A stretch of 34,019 nt of DNA from Chrysochromulina tobinii (lineage: Eukaryota): the NCBI GenBank assembly GCA_001275005.1, contig JWZX01003382.1, positions 1 to 34,019 on the forward strand, in the 5' to 3' direction. Under the pieces are notes generated by a model. The model worked only from the letters and a program-made list of their open reading frames with translations, had not been told where the DNA came from and made no database searches. The position numbers and the translations under genes were made by a program. Positions 10,793 to 20,569 of this stretch are shown piece after piece. Numbering within the stretch: the first letter of the stretch is position 1; every line of letters begins with the position of its first letter.

Positions 10793-12084
10793 ATGTCCGC
10801 CACCGCGGCTCGACACCTTTGCAGTAGAAGCATCGCATACCGCCGCCTCAACCCGCGCTTGGACGACTTTTCACATCACGCACCGGGAATTGCAAGGCTC
10901 AACAACGGCTCGTTTGGCGCGGCGCCGCAGCCTGTGCTGAAAGCGGAGATGGCGCACCGCAGCTGGTGGCGCGCCAACCCAGATGCTGCATACTTTGGAA
11001 TCGGCGCGTCGTCGCTGGACGCTCGGCTAGCAGCAGCGGCCGACGCGGCCGCTGTTGCCATTGGTGCGCCCGCGGGCAGCGTCGCACTCGTCGAAAACGC
11101 CACGGTCGCCACGGCCATCATTGCGAGCAGGTGGGCTAAGGCGCTGCGAGAGGGCCGGCACGAGCGACGCAGCGTGCTGCTGCTCGATGTCTGCTACAAG
11201 GCCGCCGCCTACTCCGTGCGGGACATCTGCGGAGCGGCCGGCGGCGCGCTGAGCTTTGCGAGCGTGCCATTCCCGGACACGACGACCGAGAGCATCCTGA
11301 AATCGCTCGACGGGACCCTGGCGGCCACAAGGCCACGCTTCGCGATGCTCGATCACGTCTCGTCGCAGCCGGCGATCGTGATGCCGCTGCGCGAGATGAT
11401 CGCCCTGTGCCGCGCGCACGACGTCGAAGAGGTGGCGGTAGACGGCGCTCACGGCCTCGGGCTTGTCGAGGCCGTGGACGTCAGCGCGCTCGGCGCAGAC
11501 TTCTACTTCACGAACCTGCACAAGCATGCATTCGTGCCCGGCACCGCCACGGTCCTCCACGTTGCCACCGATACGGCGCGCGCCTCGACCGCGCACATCG
11601 CGCCGTCTTGGCACTCCGGTCAAGGAGTGATCACCGAGGCTCGCTGGCCAGGAACTCGCGACTTCGCCTCGTTGCTTGCGGTGCCAGAGGCGCTCGAGTA
11701 CCTTGCGACTTGGCGCTCCGTGGACGCTCTGAACGCGCCCACATACAATGCGCGCGGCTGGCAGGACGCCGCGGCACAGCTCAGTGAGGCGTGGGGCGTC
11801 GCGCCGGCAGTGGCCGATCCCGCGCTCTCGAGTGTAGGTATGGGCATGGTGCGCCTGCCTTCCGCACTCGATCTGTCCATGGATGCACCGGGCAGCCGTC
11901 CAAGGGCGTGCGCGCGACGCTGCGCGAGCGTTACGGCATCGAGGCGGCCGTGGGCGGATTCGGCGCGCATGGGGGCTTCCTCAGGCTCTCGCACGCCGTG
12001 TACACGACCGACGAGGACATCCGCAGGCTGCGCGACGCCGTCAGCGAGATGGCTGCCGCCGCAGCACGGCACAAGGGCACATGA
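10793..12084 (+). CDS. Class V PLP-dependent enzyme (isopenicillin N epimerase / L-cysteine desulfhydrase / Egt2-like); frameshift near 11890
   Basis: Motifs LNNGSFGA, VENAT, LDHVSS, VDGAHG, DFYFTNLHK (PLP lysine) and WPGTRD. The conserved C-terminus (LRERYGIE..FLRLSHAVYTTDEDIRRLRDAV) lies in another frame ending at 12084. Confidence 0.85.
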
Positions 12085-12330
12085 AGGAGTGCTATTATCT
12101 ATTGACTAGCAATCATGTAGGACTAGGATCTAGTTCACCCGCGCGCGTGTTCGCACACCCGCCCATTCCACATTCGCACTCGTCTTGTGTATGTGAATCA
12201 CAGATACCAATCACACCCACACTTTACGATTTATTCGCAGAATCAGGGCGTGTACGGATAGGCTGTACTGTACGGTACCCCCCGGTGTCTTTTTACCGGC
12301 TACTGAGTCTTCTGAGTGAGTTTGAGAGCA

Positions 12331-12507
12331 GCGAGCACCAGAGATCACACTGTGTGCTGGGAGAGACCGACCTCACTAGCGAAATTGAGTAGCCCGAGCG
12401 AGTGAGTACTCATTACTTGTGTTGACCGAGGGGCGCGGAGCCGTCCTTTGAGACGGCGGTGGAGTGAGCGTGGAGGGACCGCGAAGAAACTGAACTGAAC
12501 TGAACTG
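12331..12507 (+). mobile_element. Candidate short non-LTR retroposon (SINE or 5'-truncated LINE) with (AACTG)4 tail
   Basis: Its 3' part matches 26672-26715 over 44 bp with 1 mismatch. It is flanked by TGAGAGCA at 12323-12330 and 12506-12513 (candidate TSD) and contains a GCCGTC/GACGGC hairpin at 12440-12457. Confidence 0.55.
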
Positions 12508-12561
12508 AGAGCAAGAGACTTACCGGTATGCCGACACGGCGCTCAAACAACCCCTTTCCGA

Positions 12562-13668
12562 ATGGAGGCTGTACCACGTGCGCGGCTCCCGCTCATCCCT
12601 GAGCCGGAGAACTCGCTGCGTGCACGGCGCCGGCGCGGTGAGTCGCTGTGCTCGCGCCAACGGAGTGAGCGCGAAATAGTCGAGGACCGCATCAAAGCTG
12701 CGCAGGAGGCGCAGAATGAGGTGTTCGCCGCAGAGGAGGACGTCGAGGAGACCAAGCGCATGCTGGCCGAGGGCCTGATCCTCGCTGATGGCTCGCAGGC
12801 ACCGCCAAAGCGAAAACGGCCCAGCAGCATCCGCCCACCAGGTCCGAAAAAATCGTTGGGCGGCAACGACGGCGGCGGCGGCGAGGCGGAGCAGGCGAGG
12901 AAACGCATGGCCGTTGAGGTGGCTGAGAAGGAAGCGGCGAAGAAGACTAAGGCCGAGGAGAAGGAGGCCAAGGCGGCCGCGAAGGTGGCCGAAAAGGAGG
13001 CGGCTCAAGCCACTAAGCTCGCCGAGAAGGACGCCAAGAAGAAGGCGGCGAATGCGAATGCCAATTCCTTTGAGGCAGGTGCGGTTGTCGAGGTGAGCTT
13101 GCGGCTTGGCGAGGCGTACGCCAACTGGTACGAGGCGCGGCTGCTCGAGAATAATAAGGGGCGCTGGAGGCTTGCGCTGCAGCGTCGGGTCGCCGAGGGC
13201 GACTGGGAGCCGCTCCTGCTCGAAGGCCGGCCGGCGACCGAATGGGCAAAGCCAGACATGTTGCGCCCGCTCCCTGGCAGGGGAGACTGGCACCCAACAG
13301 TTGACGACCATTGCGGTGCGCCGCGCGCTCCCCGCGCGCTCCCCGCGCGCTCCCTGCGCGCTTGCCTTGTGCGACCCACGCTCAAGCGCCTCGCCTGATC
13401 TCGCGCCTCGTCTGATCTCGCGCCTCGTCTGATCTCGCACCTCGTCTGATCTCGCGCCTCGTCTGATCTCGCGCCTCGCCCGTCAGAGTTGCTCTTCGAC
13501 GACGGCTGGTGGAAGGTGCGCGTGCAGGAGGCGTCAGGGGGCACCTTCACAGTCGTCTACGTGCCCGCCAACGCCACGCACACCGTGACGCGTGAAAGAC
13601 TACGCCCACTCTTCACGTGGGACGCAGACGGGCAAAAGTATTTGCCCGTCAAGCAAGGGCGCAAATGA
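12562..13668 (+). CDS. Tandem Agenet (plant Tudor-like) domain protein; exons 12562-13315 and 13487-13668; true start uncertain
   Basis: FEAGAVVEV...WYEARL...LRPLP, then after splicing DDHCELLFDDGWWKVRV...RLRPLFTW. There is a basic NLS-like PPKRKR and a charged linker. Confidence 0.8.
13316..13486 (+). other. 171-nt spliceosomal intron made mostly of tandem repeats (about 3 x 11-mer, 5 x 17-mer CTGATCTCGCGCCTCGT)
   Basis: GTGCG...TCAG ends. Removal restores the second Agenet domain and removes the in-frame stop at 13396-13398. Confidence 0.85.
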
Positions 13669-13929
13669 GGGCACGCTCAAGAGATGAGATACGTGGGCCG
13701 TTTACCGAGGAACCGAGCGCACGGCCGCGCGCGTGGGGGAAGTAAGAAGTTGGGGTACACGAATGAGATCTTCATCGACGCGGTGAATCGGTTTGTCTCG
13801 GCGTCGGCGGGGACGGCGGGGGCGGTGCGCACAGGCTCAGGGGGGGTCGATCTGCACGTTTCTTATCTTCAGTAGTAACAATTTAATCCGATCCTCACCG
13901 CACCGTCACAGACACAGTCTGACCGCCCG

Positions 13930-16900
13930 CTACTGCAGCACACATTTGTCGCCCTCTGCGCCGCCCCCGACGGAGCTTTTGCTGACCGTGCTGGACAGGC
14001 CGCCAAAAGTCTTCTTGGCCTCTTCGGCGGCCTTCTGTCTCGCGCGGTGCCGCTCGAGGACCCGCTCGCGCACCTCTAGGGTGCGAATGTACCGCTGCAC
14101 GTCCTCTCGTGTCGCCTTTCCGGGCGCCACATACGGCTCGAGATTCACATGGACGTACGGCTCAAAATGCTGCTGAAAGAGATGCTGCGCCGGGAAAGCC
14201 ACTGGTGCAAGCAAAGGTGAGATGTCGAGGGCGGCCACCGGCGCGTATGCGGCCGTGTCCTCGCGGCGCTCGCCTCGACGCTCGCCTCGGCGCTCGCCTT
14301 CCCCACGTGCTCCCTCCCTCGCGACGCCCATGATCGCGAGCGGCGGCAACAACAAGCCCCCCTCGCTCGGGGACGTCGTTGCGGCGGCACTTCGTACGGA
14401 ACCTTCTTCCTCCGGCATCCCGAGCAGCCTCCATGGCTTCAACTCTGCCTTTGAGGGCTGAAGCCATGCGGGGATACTTGACAGGGGAGGTTCTTCATCT
14501 TCCGGCATCAAGTCGTTGGTGCCGGAAGATGGCCAGTGCACTGATGAGACTTGATCAGCTCTCGTGGCGTTGACTGTGTCCAAAGGCTTCCTCAACAGAA
14601 CCTTCTCGTACATCGGTCCGAGGCCGAAGAGCACGGGCGGGCGCGGAGTCGTGCGCAGCCCTCCCGCGTTGCACGTAAAGGTCCACGAGTACGCCTCATC
14701 CGGGCTCTTTTGCGCGATCGCGAGCACGAAGTGCGGCGTGATGGCCGAGACGCCCATGGGCGCCTCCGGCAGCGCGCAGCCCGCCTGGAGAGCGCCGCAG
14801 TCCCCCACCACATTAATCGACTCGGTGCAGTCGACCTGTATCTGGCACGGCGCTCGAGTGCTCCGATTCTCTGCGACGAAGATGGCACCCATGCCCGTGG
14901 GCAGCGCGTACACGGTCGCATCACCCAGATGGGCCGGTGAGCCCTGCATCTTGCAGTAGAGGCAGAGTGTGCTGTCGTACACAGATGCGGGCAGCGCGTG
15001 CCGGCGCAGGGCCATCGGTTGGGAAGCATGCACCGCGAGTACGAAGGGGATGGCTGCGCCGCGTGGGCGTAGCGATGTGCCATCGTACCCCATCGCGACA
15101 AAGAGAGCACGCCACTGGCCTCCGGTAGCGCCCCACGCGTCCAAGAGCGCGATGAGTAATGTCTCGAGGCTGAGGCCGTCTGGAAAGTCTGCAAGCTTCA
15201 GCAGGCAGCCGGGCGCGAGGGGTGCTATCCGTGCCGAGATGATGTCGAGCTTCGTGTGGGCCACGAAGGCCCTCGCTGCAGGCTGCCGCAGGTCTTCAAG
15301 GCCAAGCTTGCCATCCATGTCGTGGTCGAGAGCGAAGAGTACCCGCAGCATGCAGTTGTACACCTATGCACACAGCACAGCAGAGTGGCCATTGGTCTAG
15401 CGATTCTTGGGAGTCAGGGACCAGTGAGAGGTTATCACAGTCGAGCGGCACTCAGAAGTAAAGACTGTGTGGGACGCGCGCGCGCGCGTGGCACAACAGC
15501 AGCACACCGTCGCAGAGAGAGGGCAGCCAGGCTCGGGCATGTATGGGTCGGCCGGCGTCGACGCGCCCATCGCCTCCGAGGGCGTCGCGCGCACGCCGCC
15601 CGTGAGCGGCACAAGGACGTACTCCCCCGCGGCCAGGTACGCCTCGAGTAGCACGTTGCGCACGGCCGAGCCCTCGGTGCGCGCGACGAGCGTCAAGTGG
15701 GACTGGGCTCCCGCGGCGCGATCGAGCCGATAGAGCCCAAGGCCGACGTCCAAGTAGCCGGGGGACTGGGGCGAGCGGTCATCCACCTGTGGGGCGAGGG
15801 CGCCAGTGGTGAACACTTGCATGCTTCTTCAGTGCGAAGGGGCGAGCGGTCATCCACCTGTGAGAGCGTAAACATGAGCGTCTCGTGCATCGCGTGCGGC
15901 GTGGGCACGACCAGGTGGAAGCAGTGCGCGGGGCGCAGTCGAGCCTCGCCCGCCGCGCCGCTCGTCTCGAAGAGAGACTTGATGCGGTATTCCTCCCAGC
16001 GCCTTGGCACGAAGCGCTCGCCTTCTATCCGTCCGGTGGCCGATCGCCAGTTGAGGCGCGGAGGCACATACCTCTCGCCCGTACCCACGTTGCGCAAATC
16101 GGGCGTGCTCGTGAGGTACTGGGGATTGGCGAGCGTTGAGCCGGGCTGCAGCACGTATAGTGCACACACGGAGACGGAGGCGAAGTAGAGCTTGAAGTCG
16201 TTGAAGGACATCCAGAACAGTCCGTTCGAGCCCGTGCTCTCAACGCCATCGTCCTCGAGTTCGGAGACGGCACGCTTGCAGCTGTGGGCTCTCGTTCGAC
16301 CAATCGCCGCCCCACTCGAACCTCCCCCACGGGTTCCGGATTTGAAGCACCTGGGCACCACGGTAGTAGCCCTGCTGGACCTGTCGCACTTGGAGGACAG
16401 TGTATGCGTGGCCGGGCAAGAGCCAACCATCGACGTAGCCGTCCGTCGAGCTGTCCGCGCACACGACGCACGAGTTGCGGTCCCAGCTCCGCAGGTCATC
16501 GAAGCTCACCTCGGCTTCGTCAAAGCGCAGGCGGATCGTGGGAGCTCCCGTCAGATCGAGCAGCCCTTCATCGGGGAGCCCGAGACGAATGTTTGAGTAC
16601 GAGCCCTGCAGCTTTGCGTACGCTTTCTCGATGAACGACACCCAGAGCTCTGGCCCATTGGCGCGTGAGTACACGAGACCTTGCGTCGGCCCCTTGCACG
16701 GGAGGAAATCATCGATGAGCACATTGATCCACTGACCGTGCATGCAGAAGCGAAGCTCGTAGAGGCCCTGGTCGTCGTGCATGGGGCGGCCGTGCTCCTC
16801 GGAGAGCGCGAGCCATGCCTCTCCGAAGATGCTGTCGATCATCTCGGGAAACTCGACGAGAGACGCGAGCGCGCACATGAACCAGCCGCTGCCAAGCTCT

Positions 16901-17889
16901 CCTTGCACGATGTCGTCGGCCGAGACGGTCTGTAAGAAGACGCCCAACGGCACCGTCTCGTCGAGGAACTGCTCGGGACGGCGCCACGCCAAGCGCCGGG
17001 CGTCGGCCTCTTCGCCACCGATCGAGCGCCACAGCGGCGTGAAGAAGATGTCGATGAACGAAGGCAGCTCGGACGCATCCAACGCCGCGCTCACATTGGT
17101 GAGCGCAAACGGGTCCTTTCCCTGCTTGAGCAGGTCGATGTGCAGCTGGACCATTTGGGCAATGTCCTTCGCAGTCGAGTCGTGCAGCTGCCCGAGCTTG
17201 GCGTCGATCACGCGCCGGTCGGGCTCGAGCAACTTCCATTGCGCCTTCCATTGGAGCTCGGTGTGTTTGTTCGGCTTTTCCTGATCCAGTCGCGCGGCGA
17301 AGGTCATCGAGCCGGCCGGCACAACGACCCTGAGCATGCTGCCGGCGGGCCGGTCGTAGTTGTCAGACACCTTCAGGTTGAACGAGTCTGCAAAGTCAAG
17401 CACGAGTTCGAGCGGCTGCTCCCCATTGAGGTTCTGTGCAAAAATGTGGAATGGCTCACTCGCCACCTGACCGCCGCTCTGGTGGACGCTGAGGAGGCCC
17501 GGGGCGAGCACAGTCTCCGTGGCGTCTTTGAGGAGCTCTTGGAAGGGTGAGAAAGGAGATGCCCCTGGCGGCGGCCGCATGGTCATCGTAAAGGGGCGTG
17601 GGCTCTCCTCGATCTGAGCGATGACCTGGTCACAGCTCATGCCCGAAAGATCCGTCCATCCAGAGCCGCGGTCGATGCCGAGGACAACGGAGCCCACCTG
17701 TACACCTACTTGATGCGCCTGCATGTAAGGAAAGACATCTTCGACAAAGACGTGCCCGCGGCCTTGCTTGAGATACATTCCGAGCGCTGCCTCGTTCAGG
17801 AAGGCGTGCTGCACCAAAGATGGCGAATCCTCCTCCTCCTCCCGGGGAGACCTGCTGAATGAAGAAGATCGCATGAAGGATCGCAACAT
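13930..17889 (-). CDS. Calpain family (SOL/calpain-15-like) protein: PDZ-like + SOL-homology-like + CysPc + domain III/EF-like + SOL-homology-like + CaaX; two introns and an apparent frameshift near 16280; catalytic Cys replaced by Gly
   Basis: Motifs WRRP, DIVQGELGSGWF, IDDFLP, ELWVSFIEKAYAKLQGSY, DLTGAP, GHAYTVL, IRNPWG, GLFWMSFNDF and GEYVLVP. Introns at 15787-15857 and 15364-15507 join the frames. The protein ends in CVLQ*. Confidence 0.85.
15364..15507 (-). other. 144-nt phase-0 intron of the calpain gene
   Basis: GTGTGC...CATAG on the minus strand. It contains the in-frame stop at 15397 and joins ..PLSAT to VYNCML.. Confidence 0.7.
15787..15857 (-). other. 71-nt phase-0 intron of the calpain gene bounded by a 24-bp perfect direct repeat
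   Basis: CAG|GTGGATGACCGCTCGCCCC occurs at both junctions. Removal joins FTLSQ to VDDRSPQSPGYLDVGL in frame. Confidence 0.8.
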
Positions 17890-18062
17890 TGAGAAGGTCC
17901 GATAGACGCCGTTACAAGCAGTCCCAATTCTTGCATGCACTTCTGCGGATGCCGGTCCGCATGGAGCTCCGTGAAGACTCCGGTCGCAAGTTGTTAAAAA
18001 AACACACACACCGGTTGCAAATCGACATGTTCACTGTGAATTGGCGCATGTTTTTTTTGTGA

Positions 18063-19631
18063 ATGCCCGAAGAGAAGGCGGACTTCGCCTTCGGCGACGG
18101 CTCCACGCCACTCCACGTCTGCGCAGTCGTGTGCGCGCCATACGTATGCTCATGCCACGGCTGTTTCACTCATTGCAGGCCCAGCCGTATACGTTTTATT
18201 ATTGACCGCACCCATAACCCTCGACTGACTGTGCCAACGCAGATCGCAGCTATTGGCTGGCAGCCGGATTCGATTCAGGCATCACGGACTCTGCGTGGCA
18301 GCGTCAACCTTGCCATCGGCTCTGCTTTTACGCTGCTGCCCATTTGCTTGTCGTGCGTTGCTGGCACGCTTGGACTCGTGCTCTTGTATGCCGTGCTCCT
18401 GGCGTCCGTGCTGCTATCAGCTCGGCTGCAGCCCTGTGACAAGGGCGCTGAGTGGCAAAAAGCGGCCGTGTGCGACCTCGATGCGCCTCGCATGGCCGCG
18501 CTCACGCGCCTGCGCGCGACGCTCATGCTCCAGACCATCTTTTGCATCCTCGCTGTCGACTTCCCTCTGCTTCCACGCAGCCTCGCCAAGACCCGCACCT
18601 TCGGTCACTCGGTTATGGATCTCGGCGTGGGCGCGTTCGTGCTCATGGGCACGCTCACCCGCCACCGCGCCGGCCAGTCGACGTCCGTGTCGCACTCGCC
18701 CACCAGCACGCCGCGTGCTTCTCCGCTCGTGTGGCGCGTGCTCTCGCGCCATGGGCCACTGCTGGCGCTAGGCCTGGGCCGATTGGCTGCGGTGCGCGCC
18801 GTCGAGTATCATTCGTCTCACTCCGAGTACGGCGTGCACTGGAACTTTTTCTTCACGCTCTCCGGAGTGGCGGTGGCTGAGTCACTCTTGGCACCGTCTG
18901 TTGACGACCCCGCGGATACCTGCGCCACGGCAAAGAAAGCGAGCACATTTGGACGACGACGACGACACCCGTGGAAGGGTTCGGTGCTCGGTGCGCTCGT
19001 CTTGATGGCTCACCAGTGGGCGCTGAGCTACGGTGGCTTGAGCGAGTTTGTGTTGCACGCGCCACGCACGTCATTCGTCTCGGCCAACAAAGAGGGCCTC
19101 GGATCCCTGCCAGGTTTTCTGGGCATCGCCCTGATGGGAAGTGCGTTTCGAGATCTCCTCCGTCCGCGCGGTTCGCTCGAGGCGTGGCGAGCAGCTTTGA
19201 GGCAGCTTGCGGCCCTCGACGTCGGCTTGTGGGCGCTGGCCCTTGCCGCTGACGCGCTTGTCCAGCCGGCCTCGCGGCGGCTGTGCAACCTGGCCTATGC
19301 ACTGTGGGTGCTCGCGCAAGTCTTGCTTGCGCTGCTGGGCTGCCTGCTGGTCAGCCTGAGGTGCCCGCTCGTCATGTCGCCGCTGCTTGAGACGACCAAT
19401 CGGTCCCCTCTGAGTGCCTTTTTGCTTGCCAACGTGCTCACCGGTCTCGTCAATCTCACCATACCCACGATGCATGCAAGCTCAGCTATCTCAACTGTCG
19501 TCCTCGTCGTATATATGAGCACTGTGGTGAGCGCACTCTACTTCGTCGGCAGCTGGAACATGAGCAGCACTCTCGGCTCCTTACGCGATTCGTTCATGGG
19601 TTTAACGATCTCGAGAAATCGTAAAAAGTGA
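18063..19631 (+). CDS. PIGW: GPI inositol acyltransferase PIG-W/GWT1; probable in-frame 99-nt intron at 18144-18242
   Basis: Motifs ILAVDF..PR.LAKT..FG.SVMDLGVG, EYGVHWNFFFTL, NKEG and SRRLCNLAY, with multiple TM segments. The candidate intron runs GTATG...CTGAC...GCAG. Confidence 0.93.
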   Translation: MPEEKADFAFGDGSTPLHVCAVVCAPYVCSCHGCFTHCRPSRIRFIIDRTHNPRLTVPTQIAAIGWQPDSIQASRTLRGSVNLAIGSAFTLLPICLSCVAGTLGLVLLYAVLLASVLLSARLQPCDKGAEWQKAAVCDLDAPRMAALTRLRATLMLQTIFCILAVDFPLLPRSLAKTRTFGHSVMDLGVGAFVLMGTLTRHRAGQSTSVSHSPTSTPRASPLVWRVLSRHGPLLALGLGRLAAVRAVEYHSSHSEYGVHWNFFFTLSGVAVAESLLAPSVDDPADTCATAKKASTFGRRRRHPWKGSVLGALVLMAHQWALSYGGLSEFVLHAPRTSFVSANKEGLGSLPGFLGIALMGSAFRDLLRPRGSLEAWRAALRQLAALDVGLWALALAADALVQPASRRLCNLAYALWVLAQVLLALLGCLLVSLRCPLVMSPLLETTNRSPLSAFLLANVLTGLVNLTIPTMHASSAISTVVLVVYMSTVVSALYFVGSWNMSSTLGSLRDSFMGLTISRNRKK

Positions 19632-19827
19632 GGTGCATCGCATGGCAGGGGGTGACCTGTGCGTAGCCTGTGTGCGCCCGCTGGTGCCCCACGCACGTTG
19701 AGTATAAACGTTGATGAGGAGGTGAGCATGTTCGCCACGCCCTTAGGAGACCTCAGGAGAGAACACGAATGAAGGCTATTCCAGTACACACGACAGAGCG
19801 GCAGGGTGATGGTGAGCGCGGGGGGTT

Positions 19828-19955
19828 TGGGGGATACACCCAACACCATGTCTAGGGTGTATCCCCCATGTCTAGCAAGTTGGGGATACACTCAACATGG
19901 GGATACACAAACACCCAAGAACTTACCATGTCTAGCAAGTTCTTGGTGTTTGTGT
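19828..19955. repeat. Cluster of inverted and direct repeats with three CCATGTCTAG cores and GGGGATACAC arms (MITE/foldback-like remnant)
   Basis: 14-bp perfect IR at 19828-19841/19855-19868; 10-bp IR at 19857-19866/19882-19891; 19-bp IR with one bulge at 19905-19924/19937-19955. Confidence 0.8.
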
Positions 19956-20469
19956 GGCTCTCCGCTCGTGGCCGCCCGCCCGTCGGCTTAGTGGTAACAT
20001 GCTAGGTGTGGCGGTGAAAACCAAGCGCAAGGAGCCCAAACGCGCTGGCGAGGATGCGGTTATAGGCTACGGTGCGCATGAGCGCGGCGGCTCGGTCACG
20101 GCCGTTGTGACGGCGCTCGGATGCGATGACAGGACGGCCATCTCACTTCTCGCAAAACACGGTGGTGATCACAGTGCTGTCATCAGAGCCGGCACGCGGT
20201 GAGCATCTAGATGAAGGCTATACCACGCAGCCTCGCACCCTCTGGCGTTGAGCCGTGCAAGGTTCATCGCTGCGGGCACCTGCACCAGCTCTACGGAAAG
20301 CTATAGACACAACGACGCGTCAGTAAAGTACAACAGTTCAGGAGCATGCGCAGCCGCATAAGTTTGCACAGCGAACATGTATAGGGGGAAGCCTGCCTTA
20401 ATTTTCCTTTCGCCCACATGTTCGTCGTTAACGACCTACACACGAGCTCTGTTCCAATTGCTCGGTTCT

Positions 20470-20533
20470 CTATAACGTCCGCAGCTACGGATCCACCGCC
20501 TATAACGTCCGCAGCTACGGATCCACCGCCTAT
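20470..20533. repeat. Perfect 30-bp tandem duplication
   Basis: CTATAACGTCCGCAGCTACGGATCCACCGC x2 plus CTAT, just past the stop codon of the cyanophycinase-like gene. Confidence 0.9.
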
Positions 20534-20569
20534 CTCGTGCGTGAGACTCCAGTCCACGCACTGGTCGTC

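Noticed and set aside
12250..12280. Cluster of four GTAC cores
   Set aside because: It lies downstream of the PLP-enzyme gene and far from the Cu-ATPase start, with no supporting context for a Cu-response role.
13386..13478. Regular repeats here, and at 20470-20533 and 31259-31319, as a CRISPR-like array
   Set aside because: The units are head-to-tail without unique spacers, there are no cas genes, and the context is eukaryotic and intronic or intergenic.
19954..20202. Short ORF ending in a UBA-like sequence (AISLLAKHGGDHSAVIRA)
   Set aside because: There is no convincing start or exon structure, it is adjacent to the repeat cluster, and the similarity is too weak to support a gene call.
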